A DNA stretch of 64,000 nt from Octopus vulgaris (lineage: Eukaryota): contig OX597817.1 in assembly GCA_951406725.2 (NCBI GenBank), positions 34,410,001 to 34,474,000 of the forward strand, given 5' to 3'. The first letter of the stretch is position 1. Every line of letters begins with the position of its first letter. Positions 1-12,400 of this stretch are shown piece by piece. A program made the translations under genes and the position numbers. A model generated the notes under the pieces. That model saw nothing but the letters and a program-made list of their open reading frames with translations, did not search any database and had not been told where the DNA came from.

Positions 1-1
1 A

Positions 2-199
2 GAAAAAGAGTATATCTACAGACAATTGCTTCAAAAACTCCGGCTTCTATATCCAGACTATGAATTCAAATTCATGCCAATAATAATTGGAGCACTGGGT
101 TTTTTTAGTAAATACTTAAAGGAGAATCTGGATAAACTAGGATTTTCATAAAGAGAAATTGACCGGCTAATTCGTACATTACAAGTGTAATCGGTGACC
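2..199 (+). mobile_element. Fragment of an RLE-type non-LTR retrotransposon (R4/Dong-like), endonuclease C-terminus
   Basis: Translates EKEYIYRQLLQKLRLLYPDYEFKFMPIIIGALGF, with stops further on. Confidence 0.7.
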
Positions 200-214
200 A
201 TCATATGATTCTTA

Positions 215-613
215 GGTGGTGAGCTGGCAGAATGTTAGCAGGCCGGGCGAAATGCTTAGCGGTATTTTGTTTGTCTTTCCGTTCTGAGTTCAAATTCCAC
301 CGAGGTTGACTTTGCCTTTCATCCTTTCAGGGTCGATAAATTAAGTACCAGTTACGCACTGGGGTTGATATAATCGACTTAATCCATTTGTTTGTCCTTG
401 TTTGTCCTCTCTGTGTTTAGCCCTTTGTGGGTAGTAAAGAAATAGGTATTTTGTCTGTCTTTCCGTTCTGAGTTCAAATTCTGCCAAGGTCAACTTTGCC
501 TTTCATCCTTTCAGGGTCAATAAATTAAGTACTAATTGCATACCGGGGTCAATCTAATTGACTATCGCCCTCCCCCAAAATTTCAGGCCTTGTGCCTACA
601 GTGGAAAAAAAGA
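215..613 (+). mobile_element. tRNA-derived SINE family A (dimeric copy)
   Basis: A/B-box-like head (GAGCTGGCAGA, GAGTTCAAATT), core GACTTTGCCTTTCATCCTTTC, 15-bp TSD ATCATATGATTCTTA. Other copies at ~1698-2002, 42505-42718, 42915-43130, 45250-45450, 29820-30010. Confidence 0.85.
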
Positions 614-2495
614 ATCATATGATTCTTAGGTGGGACAGAGAGCCAGTGATAACAAAAACATCTTTGTCCCTATGAATGTCTCAAATATCTCAGGTTGAAA
701 AATTCTAACCATTGACCTGAAACAGACAAAGCTTTGTAAGTGAAATTGGGACATCATATGGAGGCTCATTTAGATGGATTGTTCCTATTCTTGGAGTGAT
801 AGACTCAATTTGTTGTCCAATTTCATGTCACCACTTGGTCATCGGTTGTCTAAAGTGCAGCTTATTGTGTTTCTAGTACTTGAGTTAATTATAAGGATAA
901 TTTCCAACTACCAGTCTTGGGGGAAAAGTAATGAGTGGTCCTCTTCCTTGGTGCTGGTGCCACATAAAAATCACTGGTGATGGTGCAATGTAAAAAATAT
1001 CCAATACATTCTGTAAAGTGGTTGGCATTAGAAAAGACATCCAGCTGTTGAATCTAAACTAAAACATACTATGGGACCTGGTGTGGCTCCTGGTCTTGCC
1101 AGTTCCTTTCAAGCTGTCCAACCCATGCCAATATGGAAAATGGATGTTAAATGATGATGGTGAAAGGATGAAAGGCAAAGTCAATGAATACCTTCAAGGT
1201 ATGGCAGTCAGAATATAAATGGTAGAGTATTGCCAAAGGTGTGTGTAGAGAGAGAAGAGGGTTGTTATAATTAGGATGATTATTAGAATTTTTGGTGATC
1301 ATTTTCCTTCTACTTTTATCAAAATTTAGAGCATATGGAGGCCTTACTTACAGTGAGAAATGCAGCCTAACCTCTCACTCTGTTATGGTGTTTGAATTTG
1401 GATACATTTTCATGAAGTGTTTCAGTTGGCAGATAACTTTGTGTAGTTGTTTCTCTCCTCTCCATGTTTAGTTTACAATTGGCTTCTCAGTGAGGAGTTC
1501 TTGCAGTCATTGACAAGTTATGTAGGTATTTTGCTGATGAGGGAAACTGATATAATTTTTTTTCTCTATAGTTTGTTCGTTTTATCAACTCTGAATCAAT
1601 CAGAGTTTATATAATATTTCCAGCATAAAAGAGGCTATGTACTTCTGGCTTTCATATTTGAAGAGTCATCAATATTGCCAACTGCGCTTGTCAATGAAGG
1701 CGGCAAGCTGGCAGAAACGTTAGCATGCCGGGCAAAATGCTTAGCAGTATTTCGTCTGCCGTTACGTTCTGAGTTCAAATTCCGCTGAGGTCGACTTTGC
1801 CTTTCATCCTTTCAGGTCGATTAAATAAGTAACAGTTACGCACTGGGGTTGATTAAATAAGTACCAGTTACACATTGGGGTATATTAAATAAGTACCAGT
1901 TATGCACTGGAGTCGATATAATCGACTTATTCTGTTTGTCTGTCCTTGGTTGTCTCCCTCTGTGTGTAGCCCCTTGTGGGCAGTAAAGAAATAAGAAATA
2001 AGAAACTGCAGTTGTCAATGCAAGACCAACAGTAACATTCTGGCCAGTTACATGCCACTGACAGTAATATACTGCTTGACGATATAAAATTATAATCATT
2101 CTATAACTCATATTGAATGTGCTTTCTTTTTGACTCATGGACAACTAGGCAAGATGACAAAAGACCAAAATGCCTGGTGCCTTGCTGTACCCAAGAAGAC
2201 CCGTACCCCCTGGTGGAGAAGATTGACCTGAAAAAGTCCTGTGCTGGTGCCACATAAAAAGCTCTTGTGGTGGTGCAACGTAAAAGCACTCAAGCGGTAC
2301 AATGTAAAGGTGGCCATGTGGTGTCATGTAAAAGCATCCAGCACACTCTGTAAAGTGTTTGGTGTTAGTAAGGGCATCCAGCCATAGAAAATATGCTAAA
2401 ATCAGACTGGAACTTGGTGCAGGTCCCTGGTTTGCTAGCTCTGGTCAAACCATTCATACCATGCCAGCATGGACAATGGATGTTAAATGATAATG

Positions 2496-2533
<38 letters not shown>

Positions 2534-2717
2534 CACAAGATTGTATTGAAAGGTTCCTGGCTTTGGGTCAAAGAAAATACATGCGGATCAGTTAATTATG
2601 ATTTTATTCAACATATTCCCCTCTCAGATTCACACACTTATTGCAGTGGTCCTTCAGTTTTTCTAAGTCCTGTAAAAGAATTTGGATACCCTTAGAGCCA
2701 GGAACTTTTCCACACCC

Positions 2718-2756
<39 letters not shown>

Positions 2757-2762
<6 letters not shown>

Positions 2763-3195
2763 CTATGCTAGTAGAGTGCTAAGAGCCCCATCCGAGTGTG
2801 ATCGTTGCCAGAGCGGCTAACCGGCTTCCATGCCGATGGCACGTAAAAAGCACCATTTGAGCGTGATTGTTACCAGCGTCACCTTACTGGCATTTGTGCT
2901 GGTGGCACGTGAAAAGACATACGAGCGAGGTCGTTGCCAGTGCTGCTGGACTGGCTCCTGTGCAGGTGGCACATAAAAAACAACATTTGAGTGTGGCCTG
3001 ACTGGCCTTCGTCCTGGTGGCACATAAAAGCACCCACTACACTCTCGGAGTGGTTGGCATTAGGAAGGGCATCCAGCTGTAGAAACTCTGCCAGATCAAG
3101 ATTAGAGCCTGGTGCAACCATCTGGTTCACCAGTCCTCAGTCAAATCATCCAACCCATGCCAGCATGGAAAGCGGACGTTAAACGATGATGATGA
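2757..3195 (+). mobile_element. Retroposon family C ((GAT)n tail, TTAGGAAGGGCATCCAGC core, GCACGTAAAAGCACC repeats)
   Basis: Further + copies at ~950-1160, 2230-2497, 7612-7921, 8430-8763, 11437-11688, 42745-42898, 52855-53040, 59440-59700. Confidence 0.8.
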
Positions 3196-3204
3196 TATAT
3201 ATAT

Positions 3205-3730
3205 ATCATCATCATCATTTAGCGTCCATTCTCCATGCTAGCATGGGTTGGACGGTTCAACTGGGGTCTGTGAAGCCGGAAGGCTTCATCAGGCCCAGTC
3301 AGATCTGGCAGTGTTTCTACGGCTGGATGCTCTTCCTAACGCCAACCACTCCGCGAGTGTAGTGGGTACTTTTTACGTGCCACCCGCACAGGTGCCAGAC
3401 AGAGCTGGCAAACGGCCACGAACGGATGGTGCTTTTACGTGTCACTGGCACAGGGGCCAGGCGAGGCTGGCAATGGACATGAACAGATGGTGCTTTTACG
3501 TGCCACCAACACGGGGGCCAGACAGAGCTGGCAAACGTCCACGAAACGGATGGTGCTTTTACGTGTCACCGGCACGGGGGCCAGGGGAGGCTGGCAACGA
3601 ACACGAACGGATGGTGCTTTTATGCTTTTACGTGCCACCGACACGGGGGCCAGACAGGGCTGGCAAACGGCCACAAACGGATGGTGCTTTTACGTGTCAC
3701 CTGCACGGGGGCCCTGATGTTGATCGACCT
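3205..3730 (-). mobile_element. Retroposon family C with internal minisatellite
   Basis: Further - copies at ~14078-14520, 31615-31790, 32830-33100, 35986-36375, 42113-42362, 52014-52190, 53057-53310, 55775-56102, 57860-58205, 58702-59035. Confidence 0.8.
3362..3715. repeat. ~61-bp minisatellite, about 6 units of two alternating types
   Basis: GGTGCTTTTACGTG(C/T)CAC core recurring at ~61-68 bp spacing. Confidence 0.85.
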
Positions 3731-4036
3731 CAATTTGGTTCTGCTTTCTGATATATGTATTGATTTGGTTTGATTTTGATTTTGACTGTTCTCACTGATA
3801 TATATTTTTATATAATAAATTACTTAAAGGCTTTCAAGACATTGGACACATATATGGCACTGATGAACATTCAGTTTGTACACATGAAGGAAACAATACT
3901 GTCTCAGCTTATTGGTACATCAGTGTTATCTTTTGATACAGTCAATTCTGACTGGAATTAATCTATCAACTGTATATCTATTCAGATATATTATTTCTAC
4001 TGGTGTATGTGATTTTATAGTTATGTGCATATACAT

Positions 4037-4432
4037 AGGCGCAGGAGTGGCTGTGTGGTAAGTAGCTTGTTTACCAACCACATGGTTCCGGGTTCAGTCC
4101 CACTGCGTGGCACCTTGGGCAAGTGTCTTCTACTATAGCCTTGGGCCGACCAAAGCCTTGTGAGTGGATTTGGTAGATGGAAACTGAAAGAAGCCCGTCG
4201 TATATATGTATATATATGTATTTGTGTGTCTGTGTTGGCCCCCTAGCATTGCTTGACAACCGATGCTGGTGTGTTTATGTCCCCGTCACTTAGCGGTTCG
4301 GCAAAAGAGACCGATAGAATAAGTACTGGGCTTACAAAGAATAAGTCCTGGGGTCGAGTTGCTCGATTAAAGGCGGTGCTCCAGCATGGCCGCAGTCAAA
4401 ATGACAAACAAGTAAAAAGAGAGAGAAAGAGA
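4037..4432 (+). mobile_element. SINE family B (tRNA-like head, CORE-like ACCTTGGGCAAGT, internal (TA)/(TG) tract)
   Basis: Near-identical + copies at ~19765-20165, 53737-54155, 62021-62423; degraded copies at ~12085 and ~37680. Confidence 0.85.
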
Positions 4433-4839
4433 TATACACCGAAATTTTATGTCTATATAAATGTACATACCTACAATTATATACTCGCTATCCCATCTCA
4501 GTTAATCATTAATTTAATAATTAAGTAGTTAATTCTGTGAATGAGATGAGGTGGGGGTGTTTCTGAATTTTTTAAGTCTGTTAAGAATGGAAAAGAGCAA
4601 TTTGGCTGTCTGTTTCATTGGTCTTATTGTTACTTACCTACATGCATCCATTAATATACGGGCAGATATCAGACATAGACAAGTATATGTCTGATAGATA
4701 AAAACATTAGTTACATCATTGCAATATTTATTTATTTCTTAAGTAAATTTGATTTCTTTTTTTATGTAATTTTTATTTTGAATTAAAAGCCATGATAGTG
4801 TTGTCTCCCTTACCATTAACTATAAGGCCAGTGTGTGTA

Positions 4840-5300
4840 TGTGTGCATGCGCGCGCGAAAGTGAGTTAAGGTCGTTTTTGTCTGACGTCATAGTTACATG
4901 TAGTTTTACTGTTAAAGAAAAAATATAATATTTGTAGCTTATTAACTTTTTATTTCATATTGATAAAAAGAAATTAAAAGAAAAATTTAATGTAAAACGA
5001 GCTAAATAAATTTGACATGCTAAAACAATTATTTTTCACGACAAACGAATTAATTTTCGATAAGTGCCATAGAATGCTATAATTGACCGCCATGATTCAG
5101 ACTTTCTACGGCCGATAACTCTATATATTTATTTTTTATGTGGGAGTTGAAAAATCGTCTTTCGTTCAAATGCCTACTTATACCCGATTGGAAAACCTTA
5201 GAAATTTGATTTATGCACTTAATATGGAGTAAAATATTTTTTGCCTAAGGAATATCGCAAATGAAAATTGATTACGTAGCGTAAATAATTGAAAATCTGT
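4840..5300. promoter_or_regulatory. Probable promoter region, possibly bidirectional
   Basis: Repeat-free, CpG-retaining stretch upstream of the ATG exon. GCGCGAAA (E2F-like, ~4853-4860), TGACGTCA (CRE, 4883-4890), CCGCCATG (YY1-like, ~5087-5094). Confidence 0.55.
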
Positions 5301-6237
5301 CACACTGAAGAAACCATAAACATTTGGTGCCTGTATGGGTTTTAGCAAAACCATCCAGTTTTAACCCTTTTCCGTGTATATCTACCTTTAATCTGTTATT
5401 TTAATCTTATTGTTTTCTTATAAGAATCGTTAATTATTCTAAATTTAACGATGTATTTTTATCGACAATATAACTTTTTATAACTTGGATGTATATAACC
5501 ATTATCTATTACTTTGCCTGGTTTGTACGTTGCAGTTGAACTTTGTTGTTATATCTGAATATGTTTTTAAAATATATAAACTCTTTTTAAATATACATAT
5601 AAGTGTAGAAATGTAATTGGGACAACTCTTCTATTTATGTATTACGTTTTTATTCTACTTGGCAGTAGTCGAAGTTTCGAATTACGGTCCCTTTCAGAAT
5701 TTCTGTAACAGGGAACAGTTTTTGAAGGACCCTCCTTGAAAGATGTTTACTTTTTTCTGTGTTCTGTTTGACCATCATTATTGCTTGGTTTCTGACGCAC
5801 CTGATTTGTGAGCATGGCAGTTTTCTGAACATATTACCGTGTCGACTCTCTGTAATATGACTTGATTTATCACCAAAAACATAATTGTCTAATTTAAATT
5901 CGTTTCAAATCTAAAACTATTTTCTTTTAATGCCTTCTTTCCTTCAACCTGCTTTCCTCATACTGCCATAGGCAAGCACTCGCATTTACTGTTAACAATT
6001 GAATTTGAAGGTGTTGTTATTGTTTTTAGTGGAATTTAATTTTTTTTTCCTTTTTAGCTATAATATCGAATCACATACATTTAGATATATACCATATAGC
6101 TGACCCTATGTTTCCCCCTTCACCCTGTTTTGTGCTGTTCACCGCCTGAGCGGGATCAGTCTCAGGCGTGTGTTTTGTCCCCTTGTGTCGTATATGTGTG
6201 TTACTCCGTGTGAAATTGTTACCGTTCAGTTTGTACT

Positions 6238-6407
6238 ATGTCCGTCAACTGGTCAGATGATTCTTCTACGGCCGGAAAACGGTCAAAAATTATTCACAGT
6301 CTCTCTCAGGTGACTAACTGGGATATTGATGGAGGACTTGCTGCAGACTTCGATGGTTCGCTGTCCGGACTCGGGTCTGAACTTGGTTCAGGAACTTACA
6401 ATATGAG
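6238..6407 (+). CDS. TFCP2: TFCP2-like coding exon 1 (MSVNWSDD...[20 protein letters not shown])
   Basis: In-frame TGA upstream at 6211-6213. Donor AG|GTGAGC, phase 2. Resembles the vertebrate TFCP2 N-terminus (DFDASLSGIGQELGAGAYSMS). Confidence 0.9.
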
Positions 6408-9400
6408 GTGAGCTACGACAGTTTTTGTTATATGATAGCTTTTGCAAAATTTCGATTTATTTTTGAACTACATGCTGCCAACCTGTGCGTACTAATGATT
6501 TCAAATGCAAAAGGTATTAGGACTTCAAGTAAATGGTTTTGCATGTCACATTCTACAATATTATTTTCCATTTACAGTACCTCTATTGAATAGAAGAAAA
6601 AAAAAAAAAAAAAAAAACTTTGATTCGCAAATATATTTCAGAATTTGTTTTTCTCTAACTGAAACTACATCCAAACTTTCTGTACAGTTTACTCATTTTC
6701 TTGGAAATCCTTGTTCTGTAATCCCATATTGTTAATTTAGTCACTAATTTCTGTAATGTTATTTAAAATGCTCCTACTTGTCACATTTTTTTCTAAATCA
6801 AAACTAAAGTATAGTTTTTAACCTTTATTCTTCAGTGAAGCTCTTCTGGCTCTTCCTGTATTTAAGCAAGAGAATCTTGAGAATGGGTAAGTGTATTTTC
6901 TTTATTTCTGCTGGCTGTTAAAAATAGTGTTTATATAACCCACTCTATAAGGCGTACACGAACTTCTGACTTCAATAAAAGTTTTTACACTCAACAAATT
7001 TTACATAGATTTATAAGAGAGAGTGAAAATGAAAGTTTTTACTAACCAATTATCACCACATTTAAGGAATGCATTCCCTTTTTTTCTCTGTATTCAATTT
7101 TAGAATTGATCTTAGTTGATGAAAAAGAAAATTTCAAATCTCCTGGATCTTTGATCTAGTGAAGATGTTTCTTATATTCTAAAATTGTGGAATAATGCAA
7201 ATATTTTGTTGCATCTTCATATTGACATTTGGCCTGACATTGCTATTTGAAGGTAGCACTTCATAGAAAGTTTCCAGAGCTAAATAGACTCTTGTTTTCT
7301 TTCTCTAATATACAGCATTCTTATAACTTTTGAAATATTCTGGTACCAGTTTTCTCATTTAGATTTAAGTTTTGACTCTGATCTGGTGTTTGACATGAAA
7401 TTTAAGAATACTGTACTGGTTGCAGCTTTTCTCAAAAACTCTTATGGAATAAACAGTTTTTGAATGGGAATGATGTTAGACAGATATTAACCCTTTTGAT
7501 ACCGACCCACTTAAGACTGCCCTTGGTTCTTTGATACAAATTTCCCTTATTAAAGGGATCTAAATTAAGACCTTCCACCAAAATTTCATGTTAATTTAAG
7601 TTCCATGCATCAACTTGGCACATAAAAGCACCATCCGTTCGTGTCCGTTGCCAGCCTCGCCTGGCCCCCGTGCCGGTGACACGTAAAAGCTCCATCCGTT
7701 CGTGGCCGTTTGCCAGCCTTGCCTGGCCCCCGTGCCGGTGGCACATAAAAAGCACCCACTACACTCATGGAGTGGTTGGCGTTAGGAAGGGCATTCAGCC
7801 GTAGAAACACTGCCAGATCTGACTGGGCCTGATGAAGCCTTCCAGCTTCACAGACCCCAGTTGAACCGTCCAACCCATGCTAGCATGGAAAACGGACGCT
7901 AAATGATGATGATGATGATGATTTTACTACATTCTTCGTTATTTTCAAAATTAATTGAAACAAAGTCAGTGTATTTCAACAAGAATATGGTAACAAGAGG
8001 GTTAAAGTAGAATATCTTTAAATAGTTTTTTTGACCTTGGTAAGACCTTGACCTCAGGAAGATGGCCTTGCTCTATTTGTAGAAAAAGTGTAATTGGAAT
8101 CACATTATTGAATGATATAGTTATTGGGTATACAAAAAGTGTAATAGTCTACTATTAATATCTAAGTCAGTTGTTGTTGTTGGTTTAGTTTAAGTCTGTT
8201 TTTCCATGCTGGTTTGGGTACATATGAAAAGAATTTTTTAGATATTCTTTGATCAGTGTTATTGCTCTGTCTTTATAATAGGCCCATTGCACTTAGACTA
8301 AGAATTTACATGTACTCTGCGACTCTATTTTAAAGATAAGAGTTTGAAGTGGATTTTCCTGCTAGTAGATTGAAAAACTATGGAGAAGTTCTCTTGCTGG
8401 TTTGCATACAACAAAATAAATCTTAAATACACGGAGGCAATATGGCCGATGCTGGTGTCATGTAATTGGCACCCATGTCTGTGGCACGTAAAAAGCACCA
8501 TTTGAGCATTAGGCCACATGAAGGCAATGTGGCTGATACTGGTGTCACATAACTGGCACCCACACCTGGTGGCACATAAAAAGCACCATTTGAGCATTGG
8601 GCCACATGGAGGCAATGTGGCTGATGCTGGTGTCACGTAACTGGCACCTGTACCAAATCAGACAAATCTGGTGCAGCCCCTCAGCTTGCCAGCTCATGTC
8701 AAACCATCTAATCCGTGCCAGCATGGACAATGGATGTTAAATGATGGTGATGATGATGATGATTTACAACAAATATAAAGTCAACTAAAAAAAGTTTGGA
8801 GGTTGAATTGTTTGACTAAAATTCTTTAAGGTGGTGGTGCCCCAGCTTGGCCATAGTTTAAAGACTGAAACAAAATATGAGCTGTCATTGTGGTTGAAGG
8901 TTTAAAACATTGTGGGAGCTTTTATATGTTTACTGAATCCATTTGAAATAGTAACAAAATCAATTAAATCACATTCTACTGTCTTGGAAAAGGAAGGATA
9001 TATTGGATAATAAAGTTGTAGATATGAATAAAAGTCAGGATGGTCAAGACTAGAATGTATTTGATCATATGCCTAATAAGTTATGGCTCATCTGAGACTA
9101 AACAGCTGTTGCTTTGAAGATATTTACCTGAATTAAGCTTTTTTTCTTCTTTTCATTGTACTATTCATTTTGCCTTACTTTGCAAAATTGTTTATAACCT
9201 AAATATAAGTACCATGACTTGTATGTAATGAGTTGTTATCTAGAAGCATGGTTATCTGAAGGCCACTGCTAAGTAAATTTCCAAACCCATCTCTTCGCAT
9301 CATGTATGCATTTGCACCCAGTGCAAAAGCATCCTTGGTTTGCTTCAAACCCACAGGTCACCAGACCTAACAGTGTCCCTTTTATTACTAATATGCATTG

Positions 9401-12400
9401 CATCCTTACTTTAGCCCCTATCCCCTCCCAACATTTTAGTCTTTCTCTCTAGGATATGTCTTGATCTTTGGAAATGCTCTCCAGTATTTCTCATGCCAAA
9501 CAAATGTAACCACTCTGACAATATTGTCTACTGTCCTACCTCATTCACTAAGGTGATGGAAACAACCACTAACTTCTCCAAGCTCCTTGAATCCTTGTCC
9601 TCTTTACTGATCAGTAATGTCAAATCTGAAAACCAATTTCTCTGTCGCTCAGGTGTGGGCCCTGACCTTGGAGGGATTTAGTGTAAACAGTGTTGCATTT
9701 GGCATCCACAAAGCATTTGACTATGTGATTTGTGAATCCCTTGCCAAAATTGCCTGTCTTTGGGCTCCAATCTATCTCTTGACGGTTGGATCGGTGGTCT
9801 TTTTTTTTTTTTAACCAGGCCAGGCCAAAAGACCACTTCTAGGTAATGGGTTCATGGAAAGAGGAGATTGGCATGAATTCCACTAAAACTGTATGTCCAT
9901 GCATACTTAAGACAGTAAATAAAATTGATAAAAGATTTAAATGAAATACAATATGGTTGTCATGAAGAACTGATGGCAGTGAAATGGTATGGAAATAAGA
10001 ACCTGTCAGATCACATCATTGCAGTGTCTTGTGATAAAGCTCTCACTGATCCACACTCTATCAACTCTAATGTGCTCCTAAAGTTTGGCTTTTGTCCATG
10101 TTCAATCTTCCTTTTGTACATCAAAACCTAACTTGCTGTCATTCTCCAACAGTACCCATTCCTTTGCAGATACCATTCTTCATTCCTTCCTTACCTTGCA
10201 CACCCAAATATCATATGCAAAATAAATATCATACCAAATCTGAATTAATTCCATGAATAGAGACTTTAAAAGTATCCTCCAGGGAGATCATTCCAATTTG
10301 GTTTCCTACAATACACATACAATCACTATGTGTATGAAAATATGAAGACCTTATTGTAACTCCATTACCATAAGTCGACTAGAATGCACAAGGTTGCCAC
10401 ATGTATGCTAGATCTCACCATCATGGAGGATTTCTCCTGGCTGGTCCACATCCTCAATATAGCCAAAACTGCATCACAAAGATTGGCCTTCCTCTTTAGA
10501 GCCAGAAAATACTTCAGCTGTAACAGCTACTAATGTTCTTCAAAGGTCAGATAAGCCACAATGGGATACTGCTCCTACATCAGAGATGGTGCTATTGATA
10601 TGCAAGCAATCTTGACTGTTTCCAAATAAAGGCCACATGGCTGATTGGTATGAAGTCACTCACCAACATACTCCAACTTTTTGCTCACATAAGTACTGTC
10701 TCCATTTTATTTCCTTACTGCCCACAAGGGGCTACACACAGAGGACAGACAAATGGATTAAGTCGATTACATTGACCTCAGTGCGTAACTGGTACTTAAT
10801 TTATCGGCTCCGAAAGGATGAAAGGTAAAGTCAACCTCGGCAGAATTTGAACTCAGAATGTAACGGCAGATGAAATACTGCTAAGCATTTCACCCGGTGT
10901 GGTAACCTTTCTGCCAGCTCACCACCTTACTGTCTCCATTTTTTGCCTTACCACCACAACTGTGGCTTATGCTCTTTCAAAATGGCTGGTCTTGTACTGC
11001 CTTTACTCAAGCACTCCTGAGTTGCTTGTTTCTCATATGTGTCCACCCCTTTGTAAGCTCTGCGCTAACCACAATGCTCAGTCCTTCCTCCCCATAATAT
11101 TGGCTGTCTGGATTCACCAAAGCTATACATGTTTTTCCTGTAGCTGTTGCCTTACAACAAGTAGAACATTAACTATGTTGACCTCACCAGTCTTGGAATA
11201 TATTGATACAGGCCCTTACTCCAGACTAGTGCATTGATAACAACTAGGATTATTTTTGTAATTTATCAATTGATAGACTGGGTGCTGCCTTTTTTTTTAT
11301 CAGAAAAGATGAATGCTCTCCTTGCTGACACTGCAATTTTCAAGTAAAACAGTAGGTTTATTAATATGAAACAATATATTTGTGTATAATGCACTATTTT
11401 TTTTTCCTCATTTTTAAAATCTGAAAATTATAAATGTTCATGCCGCTGGTATGTGTAAAAGATTTGAGCGAGGTCGTTGCCAGTGCCACCTGACTGGCCC
11501 CGTGCCAGTGGCACGTAAAAGCACCCGCTACACTCTCAGAGTGGTTGGCGTTAGGAAGGGCATCCAGCTGTAGAAACTCTGCCTGATCAAGATTGAAGCC
11601 TGGTGCAGCCATCTGGTTCGCCAGCCCTCAGTCATACATCCAACACATGCTGGCATGGAAAGTGGACGTTAAACGATGGTGATGATGTATGAGGTTTAAA
11701 TCTTACCCATTTTCCTGTGACCATATGCAGGAAAGCTATATTATAATCCAAGCAAACTGATGTGTAATGAAGAGTCTAAGTCACTATAATAATGTTACAT
11801 TTTTGTATGATAGTGATAATATATTGTTTGTTATATTTCATAAGTGTACCTGGAAGATCATGTCATTCAAGGTTGTTTTAGTATCTTACTAACATAGCAT
11901 AATAATTCAGAAATAGAATTTGGAGCTGAAATGGGAACAGCAAAATGATGTTAATTTGCTGTTCTGTACAGTGTCAATGTGCAAGAATATATGCTTCCTA
12001 AAATGTAATTTGTTTCAGTAACCCACTATTATAGGTAATAATGTGTTCTATCTGTGACTATCCAATTAATATGTCAAAACGCTTGGGCATGGTTGTGTAG
12101 TTTAGGATCTTGCTTCCCAATTACATGGTTTTGGGTTCAGTCTCACTGTGTGGCACTTTGGAGAAGTCTTTTACTGTAACCTGAACCAACCAAAGCTTTG
12201 TGGATTGATATGGTAGATGGAAACTGCAAGAAACTCGTGTGTGTGTGTTTCCTTGACTTGATATTGCATGCTGGTTATATGTAGGTGTCACTGCAATGTA
12301 AGTGGTGTTTTCTGAAAAATATTACCTTACTAGGAAATAGGTGAGGGTTGTTACAGGAAGGGCATCTGACCATAGAAAATCTACCTCACTGAATTTGATC

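Noticed and set aside
216-300. Functional tRNA genes at SINE heads
   Set aside because: A/B boxes only, no cloverleaf, and embedded in TSD-flanked repeats.
1535-1552. CTGATGAGGGAAAC hammerhead-like string
   Set aside because: No room for stem II and no stems I or III.
630-1690. Possible minus-strand retroelement coding remnant
   Set aside because: Looks coding-derived, but I could not identify a diagnostic motif.
3362-3715. Repeat-spacer pattern resembling a CRISPR array
   Set aside because: The spacers are themselves repeated, it lies inside a eukaryotic retroposon, and there are no cas genes.
3248-3751. 167-aa ORF and similar [11 protein letters not shown] ORFs
   Set aside because: Translations of repeat family C recurring at many loci; not genes.
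5650-5832. 60-aa minus-strand ORF in the promoter/UTR zone
   Set aside because: No recognisable homology or splice support.
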